Below, in pieces: positions 1 through 7,086 of a DNA stretch of 12,891 bases. The stretch's first letter is position 1. The number at the start of each line of letters is the position of its first letter. Under the pieces are notes generated by a model. It saw nothing but the letters and a program-made list of their open reading frames with translations, searched no databases and was not told the origin of the DNA. Where the stretch lies: contig CAZLIC010000102.1 of the NCBI GenBank assembly GCA_964559535.1, positions 1-12,891 of the forward strand. The letters run 5' to 3'. The DNA is from an uncultured Rhodobacterales bacterium (GTDB lineage Bacteria; Pseudomonadota; Alphaproteobacteria; Rhodobacterales; Rhodobacteraceae). A program made the translations under genes and the position numbers.

Positions 1-635
1 CCATCGGGCGGGCCATCGTGCGGGGGCCCGAGGTGTTCCTGTTCGACGAACCGCTGTCGAACCTTGACGCCGAATTGCGGGTGGAGATGCGGGTGGAAAT
101 CGCCCGCCTGCACCGCGAAATCGGCGCGACGATGATCTATGTCACCCACGACCAGGTCGAGGCGATGACGCTGGCCGACAAGATTGTGGTGCTGCGCGCG
201 GGCCGGATCGAGCAGGTGGGGGCACCCCTGCACCTGTTCCACGACCCCGACAACCGCTTTGTCGCGGGCTTCATCGGATCGCCCGCGATGAACTTCGTGA
301 AGGGCCGGGTGGCGGCGGCAGGTTCGGTCGACGCACCGGGGCTGTCGGGCACGTTGTCCACGGGCGTGGCGCTGCCCGGTGCAGGCGCCGAAGTGACCGT
401 GGGTGTGCGGCCTCAGGCGCTGTCGCTGGCCGCGGGCGACAGCCACCGGGTAGAGATTGCCGAGGCGCTGGGCGGGCAGACCTTCATCCACGTCACCGCC
501 GCCACCGGCGAAAAGCTGGTGATCGAAACCCGCGAGGATCCGAAGGTAAGGCCGGGCGACCGCACCGGCATAGCCTTCGACCCCGCCGCCGCGCTGTTCT
601 TTGCTGCCGACAAGGACGGCAAGCGGCTGCGCTGA
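1..635 (+). CDS. sugar ABC transporter ATP-binding protein (MalK/UgpC family). The 5' end is outside the window; the C-terminal ~210 aa are present.
   Basis: The frame is open from nt 3 with a TGA stop at 633-635. The translation contains [18 protein letters not shown] (ABC signature/D-loop region) and [20 protein letters not shown] (H-loop). It also has the FIGSPAMNF motif and a C-terminal MalK/UgpC-type regulatory domain. GC3 bias is strong. Confidence 0.85.
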   Translation, partial: IGRAIVRGPEVFLFDEPLSNLDAELRVEMRVEIARLHREIGATMIYVTHDQVEAMTLADKIVVLRAGRIEQVGAPLHLFHDPDNRFVAGFIGSPAMNFVKGRVAAAGSVDAPGLSGTLSTGVALPGAGAEVTVGVRPQALSLAAGDSHRVEIAEALGGQTFIHVTAATGEKLVIETREDPKVRPGDRTGIAFDPAAALFFAADKDGKRLR

Positions 636-650
636 GCGGGCAAGGCTGCC

Positions 651-671
651 GTGGGACAACGGGTGTCCCAC
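651..671 (+). terminator. Candidate stem-loop just after the ABC ATPase stop. GTGGGACA-acggg-TGTCCCAC, with no U-tract.
   Basis: Perfect 8-bp inverted repeat 16 nt downstream of the TGA. There is no T-run, so if it is a terminator it is the GC-rich-genome type. Confidence 0.3.
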
Positions 672-1053
672 GCTGGGACGCGCAGCGCCTTCAACAAAAT
701 CAATAGGTTGCAAGGCCGCCTTCACGATTTACCTGCGCCCGTGGCACCGGGCCGGGAATTCTGGATCCAGCCGGTACGCGGAAGTTTCGGCCCTTCGTGG
801 GCCGGGCAGGCTTTGCTGCCGCGCCGCAGGCTTGGCCATCGGCGACGGCGCGCGGTGTCACCGTGGCGCGGCGGCCACAGCGCCCGGCGACAGAGCGCCA
901 TGCCCCGATTCCCATTGGCGCGAATCGCCCCTTTGCCCTAGGCGCGCGCCTCCGTCCCCAGTGGACCGGACCCCAGCGGCCAGGGCTTTTGTTCCTGCCG
1001 GTGCGGGGCGGCGCTGCCGCCATCGCATGCCGGGGCCGGAAAGCCGGACGGAA

Positions 1054-1128
1054 GGGTGCGTGGCTCAGGGGTAGAGCGCCGGGTTTGAGGCCCGGAGGTC
1101 GGGGGTTCGAGTCCCTTCGCGTCCGCCA
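1054..1128 (+). tRNA. tRNA gene, 75 nt, encoded CCA, anticodon TGA (UGA). Class-I short variable arm with a G3-U70 acceptor wobble, so isotype is ambiguous (nominally Ser by anticodon, not by structure).
   Basis: Hand-folded cloverleaf:
- Acceptor GGGTGCG/CGCGTCC, 7 bp, with G3-U70 and U4-G69.
- U8. D-arm GCTC-AGGGGTA-GAGC with A14, G18G19 and A21.
- Anticodon stem CCGGG/CCCGG, perfect, with loop TTTGAGG: U33, anticodon TGA at 1086-1088, G37.
- Variable loop AGGTC, 5 nt.
- T-arm GGGGG-TTCGAGT-CCCTT with G53 T54 T55 C56 A58 C61.
- Discriminator G73, then CCA at 1126-1128. Confidence 0.7.
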
Positions 1129-1198
1129 TGATGTAGCTCAAGGGTAGAGCAGCAGACTGATAATCTGTCGGTAGCAGGTTCGACTCCTGCCATCTCCA
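1127..1198 (+). tRNA. Pseudo-tRNA or tRNA-like remnant with an Ile-type anticodon loop (CTGATAA, GAU). The top of the acceptor stem is defective and there is no encoded CCA.
   Basis: - D-arm GCTC-AAGGGTA-GAGC.
- Anticodon stem GCAGA/TCTGT with loop CTGATAA.
- Variable loop CGGTA.
- T-arm GCAGG-TTCGACT-CCTGC.
- The 3' acceptor strand CATCTCC pairs only 4 of 7 with the 5' strand CATGATG; positions 1-3 are mismatched.
- Its 5' strand overlaps the CCA of the preceding tRNA.
- It is followed by A-ACC rather than CCA. Confidence 0.4.
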
Positions 1199-1200
1199 AC

Positions 1201-1514
1201 CGCCCTTGAAAAGCGGTCGAACGAACGGGTGTCCGGGGCCGGCCTGCCAAGGGCCGCGCCCAGCCGCCGCAAGGCGGGGAAGCCCGGCCCAAGGCACCGG
1301 CGCAGGGCCGGTCGCGCGGATGACGGGGGCGCGGCCCCGGTTCCCCCGATGGCCGAAAGGCCAAGGGGTGCCGGGCGCCCTGCCCTCCTCTCGCTGCCGA
1401 TCCGCACCGGCGACGGGCAAGGGCCGGTCCCGGCATCTTCACCGCCCCTTCCCGGGGCCCCAACCCGGCCCGGATGGGCAAGCAACCGAAAGGAACAGGA
1501 CGGAACAGGAGGCG
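1201..1514 (+). other. ~315-nt GC-rich noncoding leader upstream of the SPFH gene containing several tetraloop hairpins. Possible structured 5' UTR or sRNA.
   Basis: There is no credible ORF: in-frame and other-frame translations are Arg/Pro/Gly-rich junk. Hairpins seen: CGGCC-tgccaag-GGCCG (1240-1256), CCGCC-GCAA-GGCGG (1264-1277), GGGGC-gcg-GCCCC (~1325-1337) and GGCC-GAAA-GGCC (1351-1362). Confidence 0.2.
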
Positions 1515-2657
1515 ATGATGCTGGAAACGCTGGAAAAACTGCTGGGATGGGCACGGGTCACGGTGACCGAGAACGAGCGCGCGCTGGTCATCTTGCGCGG
1601 CCGGTTCGCGGCCATCCTTGGCCCCGGGCGGCACACGCTGACACAGGCGCGCGACACCCAGGTCGAGATGCACAATCTGGCCAAGGCGGTTTTCACCTCG
1701 GCCTTCGACGCCGCGCTGTTCCGCGAACGGCCCGACCTTGCCGCCGCGCACCTGACCGAAATCCGCACTTCTGCGGGTGAGGTCGCGGTGGTCTTTTGCG
1801 ACGGGCGGCCGCTGGATGTGATGCGCCCCGAGGCGCGGCTGGTGGTCTGGACGGAGGCCGGTCCGTGGACGGTCGAACGCCTGCCGATGGGCGACACGGC
1901 GGCGGTGCCGCCCGACCTTGGGCAGCGGCTGGTGCGGCTGGGGCTGACCGGCGCCTTTGCCACGGTCGAGGTGGCCGAGGGGCATGTGGGCCTTTTGTCG
2001 GTTGATGGCGTGCAGGCTGCGGTGCTGCCTGCGGGGACGCATCGGTTCTGGGCTGACGGGCGCAAGCGCGCGGTGCGGCAGGTGGACACCCGCTGGCGCA
2101 CGCGTGACGTGACGGGGCAAGAGATCCTGACGAAGGATCGCGTGACCCTGCGCGTCAACCTGTCGGCCGACTATCGCGTGACCGACCCGCTGCGCGCGGC
2201 GTCCGAGGTGAAGGACTTTGACGAGGCGCTGCACCGGTCGCTGCAACTGGCGTTCCGCAAGACGCTGGGGGCGGTGACGCTGGACACGCTGTTGGCCGAC
2301 AAGGTCTCGGTCGATGCCGAGGCGGCGGCGGCGGTGCGGGCCGAGATGGCGGCGATGGGGGTGGAGGTGGGGCAGATCGCACTGAAGGACGTGATCCTTC
2401 CGGGCGAGATGCGCGACATCCTGAACCGCGTCGTCACCGCGCAGAAAGAGGCCGAGGCCAACGTCATCCGCCGCCGTGACGAGGCCGAGGCGACCCGTGC
2501 GCTGTTGAACGCCGCCAAGGTGATGGCCGACAACCCGGTGATGCTGCGGCTTAAGGAGCTTGAGGCGCTGACCGGCATTGCGGGCAAGGTCGAGCGGCTG
2601 ACGGTGCACAACGGAACGGCCGGGCTGCTGTCCGACCTTGTGAAGCTGCGCGACTGA
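1515..2657 (+). CDS. SPFH/Band-7 (stomatin/prohibitin/HflK-C superfamily, slipin-like) domain protein, apparently without an N-terminal TM helix.
   Basis: AGGAGG at 1507-1512, then ATGATG at 1515-1520; the second ATG at 1518 has the better spacing. Classic SPFH core: TKDRVTLRVNLSADYRVTDPLRAASEV...LAFRKTLGAVTLDTLLADKVSV..AAMGVEVGQIALKDVILPGEMRDILNRVVTAQKEAEA..RRRDEAEATRALLNAAKVMADNPVMLRLKELEAL. TGA stop at 2655-2657. Confidence 0.85.
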   Translation: MMLETLEKLLGWARVTVTENERALVILRGRFAAILGPGRHTLTQARDTQVEMHNLAKAVFTSAFDAALFRERPDLAAAHLTEIRTSAGEVAVVFCDGRPLDVMRPEARLVVWTEAGPWTVERLPMGDTAAVPPDLGQRLVRLGLTGAFATVEVAEGHVGLLSVDGVQAAVLPAGTHRFWADGRKRAVRQVDTRWRTRDVTGQEILTKDRVTLRVNLSADYRVTDPLRAASEVKDFDEALHRSLQLAFRKTLGAVTLDTLLADKVSVDAEAAAAVRAEMAAMGVEVGQIALKDVILPGEMRDILNRVVTAQKEAEANVIRRRDEAEATRALLNAAKVMADNPVMLRLKELEALTGIAGKVERLTVHNGTAGLLSDLVKLRD

Positions 2658-2662
2658 GCCTT

Positions 2663-2690
2663 GGCCCGCCCGGGAACACCCGGGCGGGCC
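2663..2690. terminator. Bidirectional stem-loop terminator between the convergent SPFH (+) and RTX-like (-) genes.
   Basis: GGCCCGCCCGGG-aaca-CCCGGGCGGGCC, a perfect 12-bp stem with a 4-nt loop, followed by GTTTCG on the + strand. It sits 6 nt after the SPFH stop and 11 nt after the RTX gene stop. Confidence 0.6.
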
Positions 2691-2700
2691 GTTTCGCCTG

Positions 2701-4638
2701 TCAGAACAGGAAGTTCCCGGCGTCGGCGATCTCGGCCACCAGCGCGTCCAGCACGGTGATGCGCAGCGCGCCAAAGTCGATGCGCACGTCGGCGCCGTTC
2801 TGCGTGATGGTCAGGTCGCCCAGCGCGTTCGCCTCGCGCAGTTCGATCCGGTCGGTGCCATCGGCGAAGTCGGTGATCACGTCGCGCCCATCGGCCTGCA
2901 GGAAGGTGAAGGTGTCGGCGCCAAGGCCGCCGGTCAGCACGTCATTCTCGCGCCCGCCGACCAGCGTGTCGTTTCCGTCTCCCCCTGACAGCGTGTCGGC
3001 GCCGCGGCCGCCGGTCAGCAGATTGTTGTCCTCGCTGCCCGCAATCGCGTCTGCCCCGGTGCCGCCGATGGCGTTTTCCACCCCGATCATGGCCAGATAG
3101 CCCTGCGCCGGTGTGCCGCCCACCCCTGCGGGGTTCTGCCATTGGCTGGTGGACAGATCGAGCGTCAGGTTCGCGGTGAAGCGCGACAGGTCGATGGTGT
3201 CAACGCCGCCATCGCCCTGCACCTCGATGCCGAAGGTCGGGGTTCCGGGAGCGAAGGACAGCACGTCATCGCCGTCGCCCAGCACCACGAACCGAGCGCT
3301 GAGTGCCCCCAACGTCACCGTGTCGTTGCCATCGCCCGCCTCGACAAAGTCGATGCGGCCATCGACGGCGCTGATGGAGTCATTGCCCTCGCCCGAGCGC
3401 ACGGCAAAGGCCCGCCCCGACCCGATGGTGATATTGTCGCGGCCTTCGCGCGTTTCGACCAGCACGGTCCACTCGGAGCCGGTGGTGATGGTGTTGTTGC
3501 CGCTGCCGGCCAGGATGGAATCGATCTGCCCGTCCTGCACGGTGATCTTGTCAGCACCGTCATACGTCTGCAGCGAACCGATCTGGCCTGACTTGACCAA
3601 GACCGTGTTCTTGCCGTTGCCCAGCGTCACCAACTCGATTTCGCCGCCGTCGAGCGTCAGCCGGTCGGCTCCGTCATAGGCGACCACACTGCCGACGTAT
3701 CCCGTACCATCGACGGTCAGGGTGTTGTTGCCGCTGCCGAGGCTCACGGTCCCTGCGCCACCTTCCCCCCGGAAAGTGACGCGGTCATTGTTCGAGCCGA
3801 CCTGAATCTGCTCGACGAAGCCGTCAACCGTGATCACGTCCACCCCGCCTGAAAACCCGATGCTGCGCACGTCGGCATTCGCGCCGACGTTGATCGTGTT
3901 GGTGCCCGAGTAGGAGGTGATCGAGCCGTAGAAGCCGCCGGTCAAGTTCACAGTGCTGATGCCTGAGCCGAGGCTGAGTGCGTCGCCACCGGCCAGGAAT
4001 GTAAATGTGTTGTTGCCGTTGCTGCGGATCGAGCCGAACTCGCCGCCATTAGATATTGTGTTGGTGGAGCCGAAGCCAAACTCGATGGTGCCGATGCCAC
4101 CTGAGCTTCCGGTGACCGTATTGGTCGAGCCATTCCCGAAACTTAGAGCCTCAACAAAGCCTGTCCCGACGTTGAAAACGTTTATCCCTTGTCCGAGATA
4201 GGCGTATTGGAGGTTTCCCGATCCCATAGTTATTGTGTTGTCGGTTGCCCACAGGTCCATATAGCGCACCCGTTGGCTGCCCAACGTCAGGTTCACTGTC
4301 CCGCCGTCGTCACCCAAGATGAAATCGACCCGCGTATTGAAGAGTGTGATCGTCGTGTTGCTGTTTGCCGCCAGTTCGATGCGCTCCAGGCGCCGGATGA
4401 CACCGTCGTTCGTGTCAGAGATGTTCAAATCAAATTCGAACGCAGTTTCGTTGAAAAACCCGAGGTGACGGATGCGCCATGCCGGTCCCGATAGTCCGAT
4501 GTTGAGCGTATTGTCCTCGGTCGCAGTCTCGACCCCGAGGTTTGCGGCGTCCAGCCGCAGCCCGCTCCAGTTGAAAGTGCCGCCGTCGAAAGCGCTAAAA
4601 GATGTTGCGCCATCCAGCGTAATGCTCTGCGTCGCCAT
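2701..4638 (-). CDS. Large secreted-type repeat protein, candidate type I secretion substrate. The N-terminal Asn/Thr/Gly-rich beta-helix/beta-roll repeats are followed by C-terminal RTX hemolysin-type Ca-binding nonapeptides and a T1SS-like C-terminal tail.
   Basis: - Start ATG at 4638-4636 is preceded by GGGAGGA with a 4-nt spacer.
- About 30 degenerate ~19-aa repeats of the form GSGNNT-ITV-DG...YDGAD.
- C-terminal GGxGxDxUx units: GGRGADTLS, GGDGNDTLV, GGRENDVLT, GGLGADTFT.
- Then DVITDFADGTDRIEL...ITVLDALVAEIADAGNFLF.
- No T1SS ABC/MFP genes are in the window. Confidence 0.8.
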   Translation of the reverse strand: MATQSITLDGATSFSAFDGGTFNWSGLRLDAANLGVETATEDNTLNIGLSGPAWRIRHLGFFNETAFEFDLNISDTNDGVIRRLERIELAANSNTTITLFNTRVDFILGDDGGTVNLTLGSQRVRYMDLWATDNTITMGSGNLQYAYLGQGINVFNVGTGFVEALSFGNGSTNTVTGSSGGIGTIEFGFGSTNTISNGGEFGSIRSNGNNTFTFLAGGDALSLGSGISTVNLTGGFYGSITSYSGTNTINVGANADVRSIGFSGGVDVITVDGFVEQIQVGSNNDRVTFRGEGGAGTVSLGSGNNTLTVDGTGYVGSVVAYDGADRLTLDGGEIELVTLGNGKNTVLVKSGQIGSLQTYDGADKITVQDGQIDSILAGSGNNTITTGSEWTVLVETREGRDNITIGSGRAFAVRSGEGNDSISAVDGRIDFVEAGDGNDTVTLGALSARFVVLGDGDDVLSFAPGTPTFGIEVQGDGGVDTIDLSRFTANLTLDLSTSQWQNPAGVGGTPAQGYLAMIGVENAIGGTGADAIAGSEDNNLLTGGRGADTLSGGDGNDTLVGGRENDVLTGGLGADTFTFLQADGRDVITDFADGTDRIELREANALGDLTITQNGADVRIDFGALRITVLDALVAEIADAGNFLF

Positions 4639-4741
4639 CACGTCCTCCCAAAGCCGCGCCGCCCCGGAATGGGGCCGACCCACGCACCCGTGATCAGACT
4701 ATTGGCCTTTGTCCGGAAACGAGACTCTCTTTCGTATAGGG

Positions 4742-7075
4742 CTATTCCCCGTAGGGCACCCACACCGTCTTGACCTCGGTCGCCGTCCGCAGCGCAGCCT
4801 TCACGTCGAACGCGGCCCAGTCCACCGCCCGGCCGTAATTCACCCAGGTCCGCTTCACATTCCCCGCCGCCTCGCGCTCGACCAATCCGGACAGGTCCGA
4901 CGACGAGAAACACCACACCGCATCGACATCCAGGTGCGACGCCAGCGGCTTCGCCAGTTCCGCATGCGCCCCGGTCACGATGTTCACCACACCGCCCGGC
5001 ACGTCGGAGGTATCCAGCACCTGATAGAGGTCGGTCGCGGCCAGCGGGTAGGCCTCGGACGGCACCACCACCGAAGGGCAGCCCAGCGCCATCAGCGGGC
5101 CGACCAGCGACACCAGCCCCAGAAGCGGCGCCTCGTCAGGGCAGATCACCCCCGCCACACCCACCGGTTCGTTCATCGCCAGCGCCACGCCGCGCACCGG
5201 CACCGCGCGCACGGCGCCGTCCCACTTGTCCGCCCAGGCGGCGCAGGCGAACAGCCGGTCCACCGACGCCGCCACCTCGGCCGCCCCATCGCGCCCCGTC
5301 ATGTCGCGCAGCCGCCCGGCAAACTCGGCGGCCCGCGCCGACAGGTTCTCGGCCAGGTAATACAGCACCTGCGCCCGGTTCCACGCGGTGGCCCGGGCCC
5401 AGCCCTTGGCGGCATGCGCGGCCTCCACCGCGTTGCGGATGTCCTTGCGGTTGCCCAGGCCCGCATGGCCCAGAAGCCGCCCCTTGGGCGACCAGACCGC
5501 GCGGGAATAGCCGCCGTCCGGCCGCGCCTGGTTGCCGCCCACATACATCTTCGCCGTGCGGTCGATGCCTTCAACCACCGCCTCTGCCGGTTCGGCCACC
5601 GCCGCCACCTTCTTCAGCGGCTTGCCCACAGCGGCAGGGCGCAGGTAGGCCAGCATCCCCTCGCGCCCGCCTTCCCGGCCGAAGCCGCTTTCGCGCACCC
5701 CACCGAACCCGGCCGCCGCGTCGAACATGTTCGTGCCGTTCACCCACACCACGCCCGCGCGCAGCTTGGGCGCCATGTCGAGCGCCAGGTTCACGTTCTC
5801 GGTCCAGACCGTGGCCGCCAGCCCGTAACGCGAGTTGTTGGCCAGCGCGACCGCCTCTTCCGGCGTGCGGAAGGTCATGCTGACCAGCACGGGGCCGAAA
5901 ATCTCGTCCTGCATCAGCGGGCTGGCCGACCCCAGCCCGGAAATCAGCGTGGGCGGATAGAAGCAGCCCGCGGGCACCGCGCAGGCCGCGCGGTACACCG
6001 TGCCGTCGCCGTTGCCCTCTACCATGGCGGTGATGCGGGCCAGCTGTTCGGGGTGCACCACGGCGCCCACGTCAATGCACTTGTCCAAGGGGTCACCGAT
6101 GCGCAGCCCGTCCATCCGGCGCTTCAGCGCGGTGTGGAACCGCCCGGCCACGCCCTCCTGCACCAAGAGCCGCGACCCGGCACAGCAGACCTGCCCGCCG
6201 TTGAACCAGATGGCATCCACCAGCCCCTCGACCGCCGAGTCGAGATCGGCGTCGTCGAACACGATGTAGGGCGACTTGCCGCCCAGTTCGAGCGTCAGCG
6301 CCTTGCCGCTGCCCGCGGTGGCGGCGCGGATCTTCTTGCCCACCTCGGTAGAGCCGGTGAAGGCGACCTTGTCCACCGGGCTGGCCACCAGCGCCGCGCC
6401 GGTGGCGCCATCGCCGGTGACCACGTTCAGCACACCCTTCGGCAACCCGGCCTCACGCGAAATCTCGGCAAACAGAAGCGCGGTCAGCGGCGTCCATTCG
6501 GCGGGCTTCAGCACCACGCAATTGCCCGCGGCCAGCGCCGGGGCCACCTTCCAGGCCAGCATCAGCAGGGGGAAGTTCCACGGGATCACCGCGCCGCAGA
6601 CGCCATGCGGGACCATGCCGGGAAACTCCGTCTCGGCCAGCTGCGCCATGCCGGCGTGATAGCCGAAGTGACGGGCCACCAGCGGCACGTCGATGTCGCG
6701 CGATTCCCGGATGGGCTTGCCGTTGTCCATCGTCTCCAGCGTGGCCAAGAGGCGGGAATGCTTCTGCACCAACCGGCCCAGCGCATACAGAACCCGCGCG
6801 CGCGCTGCGCCCCCGGCCTTCGCCCATTTCGGCTGCGCGCGGCGGGCGCCAGCGACGGCTGCAGCCACATCCGCGTCAGACCCCTGCGTCACCTCGGCCA
6901 GCACCTTGCCGGTGGCAGGGTTGGTGGTGGCAAACACCTCGCCCGGTTCGGTAAACCGCCCGTCTATCCAGTGCCCGAACCGCCCCCCGTGACGCGCAAT
7001 CCAGGCCAGCGCCTCGGCATTGCCCTCGGGTGCGGGGCCGTACTCCATCGTGCGGAAGATGTCGGCGACGTTCAT
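4742..7075 (-). CDS. Two-domain aldehyde dehydrogenase family protein (~777 aa). It is a complete catalytic ALDH domain fused to a C-terminal truncated, non-catalytic ALDH-like (NAD-binding half) domain.
   Basis: - The N-terminal domain has the ALDH hallmarks FTGSTEVGK, LELGGKSP (catalytic Glu) and NGGQVCCAGSR (catalytic Cys).
- The C-terminal ~300 aa again resemble the first half of an ALDH (VGVAGVICPDEAPLLGL..., VVNIVTGAHAELAKPLASHLDVDAVWCFSSS) but lack the Cys and Glu motifs.
- Start ATG at 7075-7073 with a GGGGA upstream; stop TAG at 4744-4742. Confidence 0.85.
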   Translation of the reverse strand: MNVADIFRTMEYGPAPEGNAEALAWIARHGGRFGHWIDGRFTEPGEVFATTNPATGKVLAEVTQGSDADVAAAVAGARRAQPKWAKAGGAARARVLYALGRLVQKHSRLLATLETMDNGKPIRESRDIDVPLVARHFGYHAGMAQLAETEFPGMVPHGVCGAVIPWNFPLLMLAWKVAPALAAGNCVVLKPAEWTPLTALLFAEISREAGLPKGVLNVVTGDGATGAALVASPVDKVAFTGSTEVGKKIRAATAGSGKALTLELGGKSPYIVFDDADLDSAVEGLVDAIWFNGGQVCCAGSRLLVQEGVAGRFHTALKRRMDGLRIGDPLDKCIDVGAVVHPEQLARITAMVEGNGDGTVYRAACAVPAGCFYPPTLISGLGSASPLMQDEIFGPVLVSMTFRTPEEAVALANNSRYGLAATVWTENVNLALDMAPKLRAGVVWVNGTNMFDAAAGFGGVRESGFGREGGREGMLAYLRPAAVGKPLKKVAAVAEPAEAVVEGIDRTAKMYVGGNQARPDGGYSRAVWSPKGRLLGHAGLGNRKDIRNAVEAAHAAKGWARATAWNRAQVLYYLAENLSARAAEFAGRLRDMTGRDGAAEVAASVDRLFACAAWADKWDGAVRAVPVRGVALAMNEPVGVAGVICPDEAPLLGLVSLVGPLMALGCPSVVVPSEAYPLAATDLYQVLDTSDVPGGVVNIVTGAHAELAKPLASHLDVDAVWCFSSSDLSGLVEREAAGNVKRTWVNYGRAVDWAAFDVKAALRTATEVKTVWVPYGE

Positions 7076-7086
7076 TCCATGATCCC

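Noticed and set aside
741-760. TGGCAC-N5 sigma-54-like -24 element.
   Set aside because: The -12 position reads CGGGA instead of TTGCA/TTGCW, and no enhancer-binding-protein context is present.
754-772. Adjacent EcoRI (GAATTC) and BamHI (GGATCC) sites resembling a polylinker, hinting at engineered DNA.
   Set aside because: No vector-like sequence, other cloning sites or composition break accompany them. Two hexamers 1 nt apart can occur by chance in ~900 bp of noncoding DNA.
1054-1128. Considered whether the G3-U70 plus CCA element is the acceptor piece of a two-piece (permuted) alphaproteobacterial tmRNA.
   Set aside because: It has a complete anticodon arm, which the tmRNA tRNA-like domain lacks. 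No ANDN...ALAA tag reading frame or resume codon is found anywhere in 636-1514.
1206-1514. Upstream extension of the SPFH ORF to the ATG at 1206.
   Set aside because: The extra 103 codons are low-complexity Arg/Pro/Gly with no GC3 pattern, and a strong AGGAGG RBS sits right before 1515/1518.
2701-4638. Apparent enrichment of N-x-S/T glycosylation sequons in the RTX-like protein.
   Set aside because: A hand count gives ~15 sequons in 645 aa, close to expectation given the very high Asn, Ser and Thr content.
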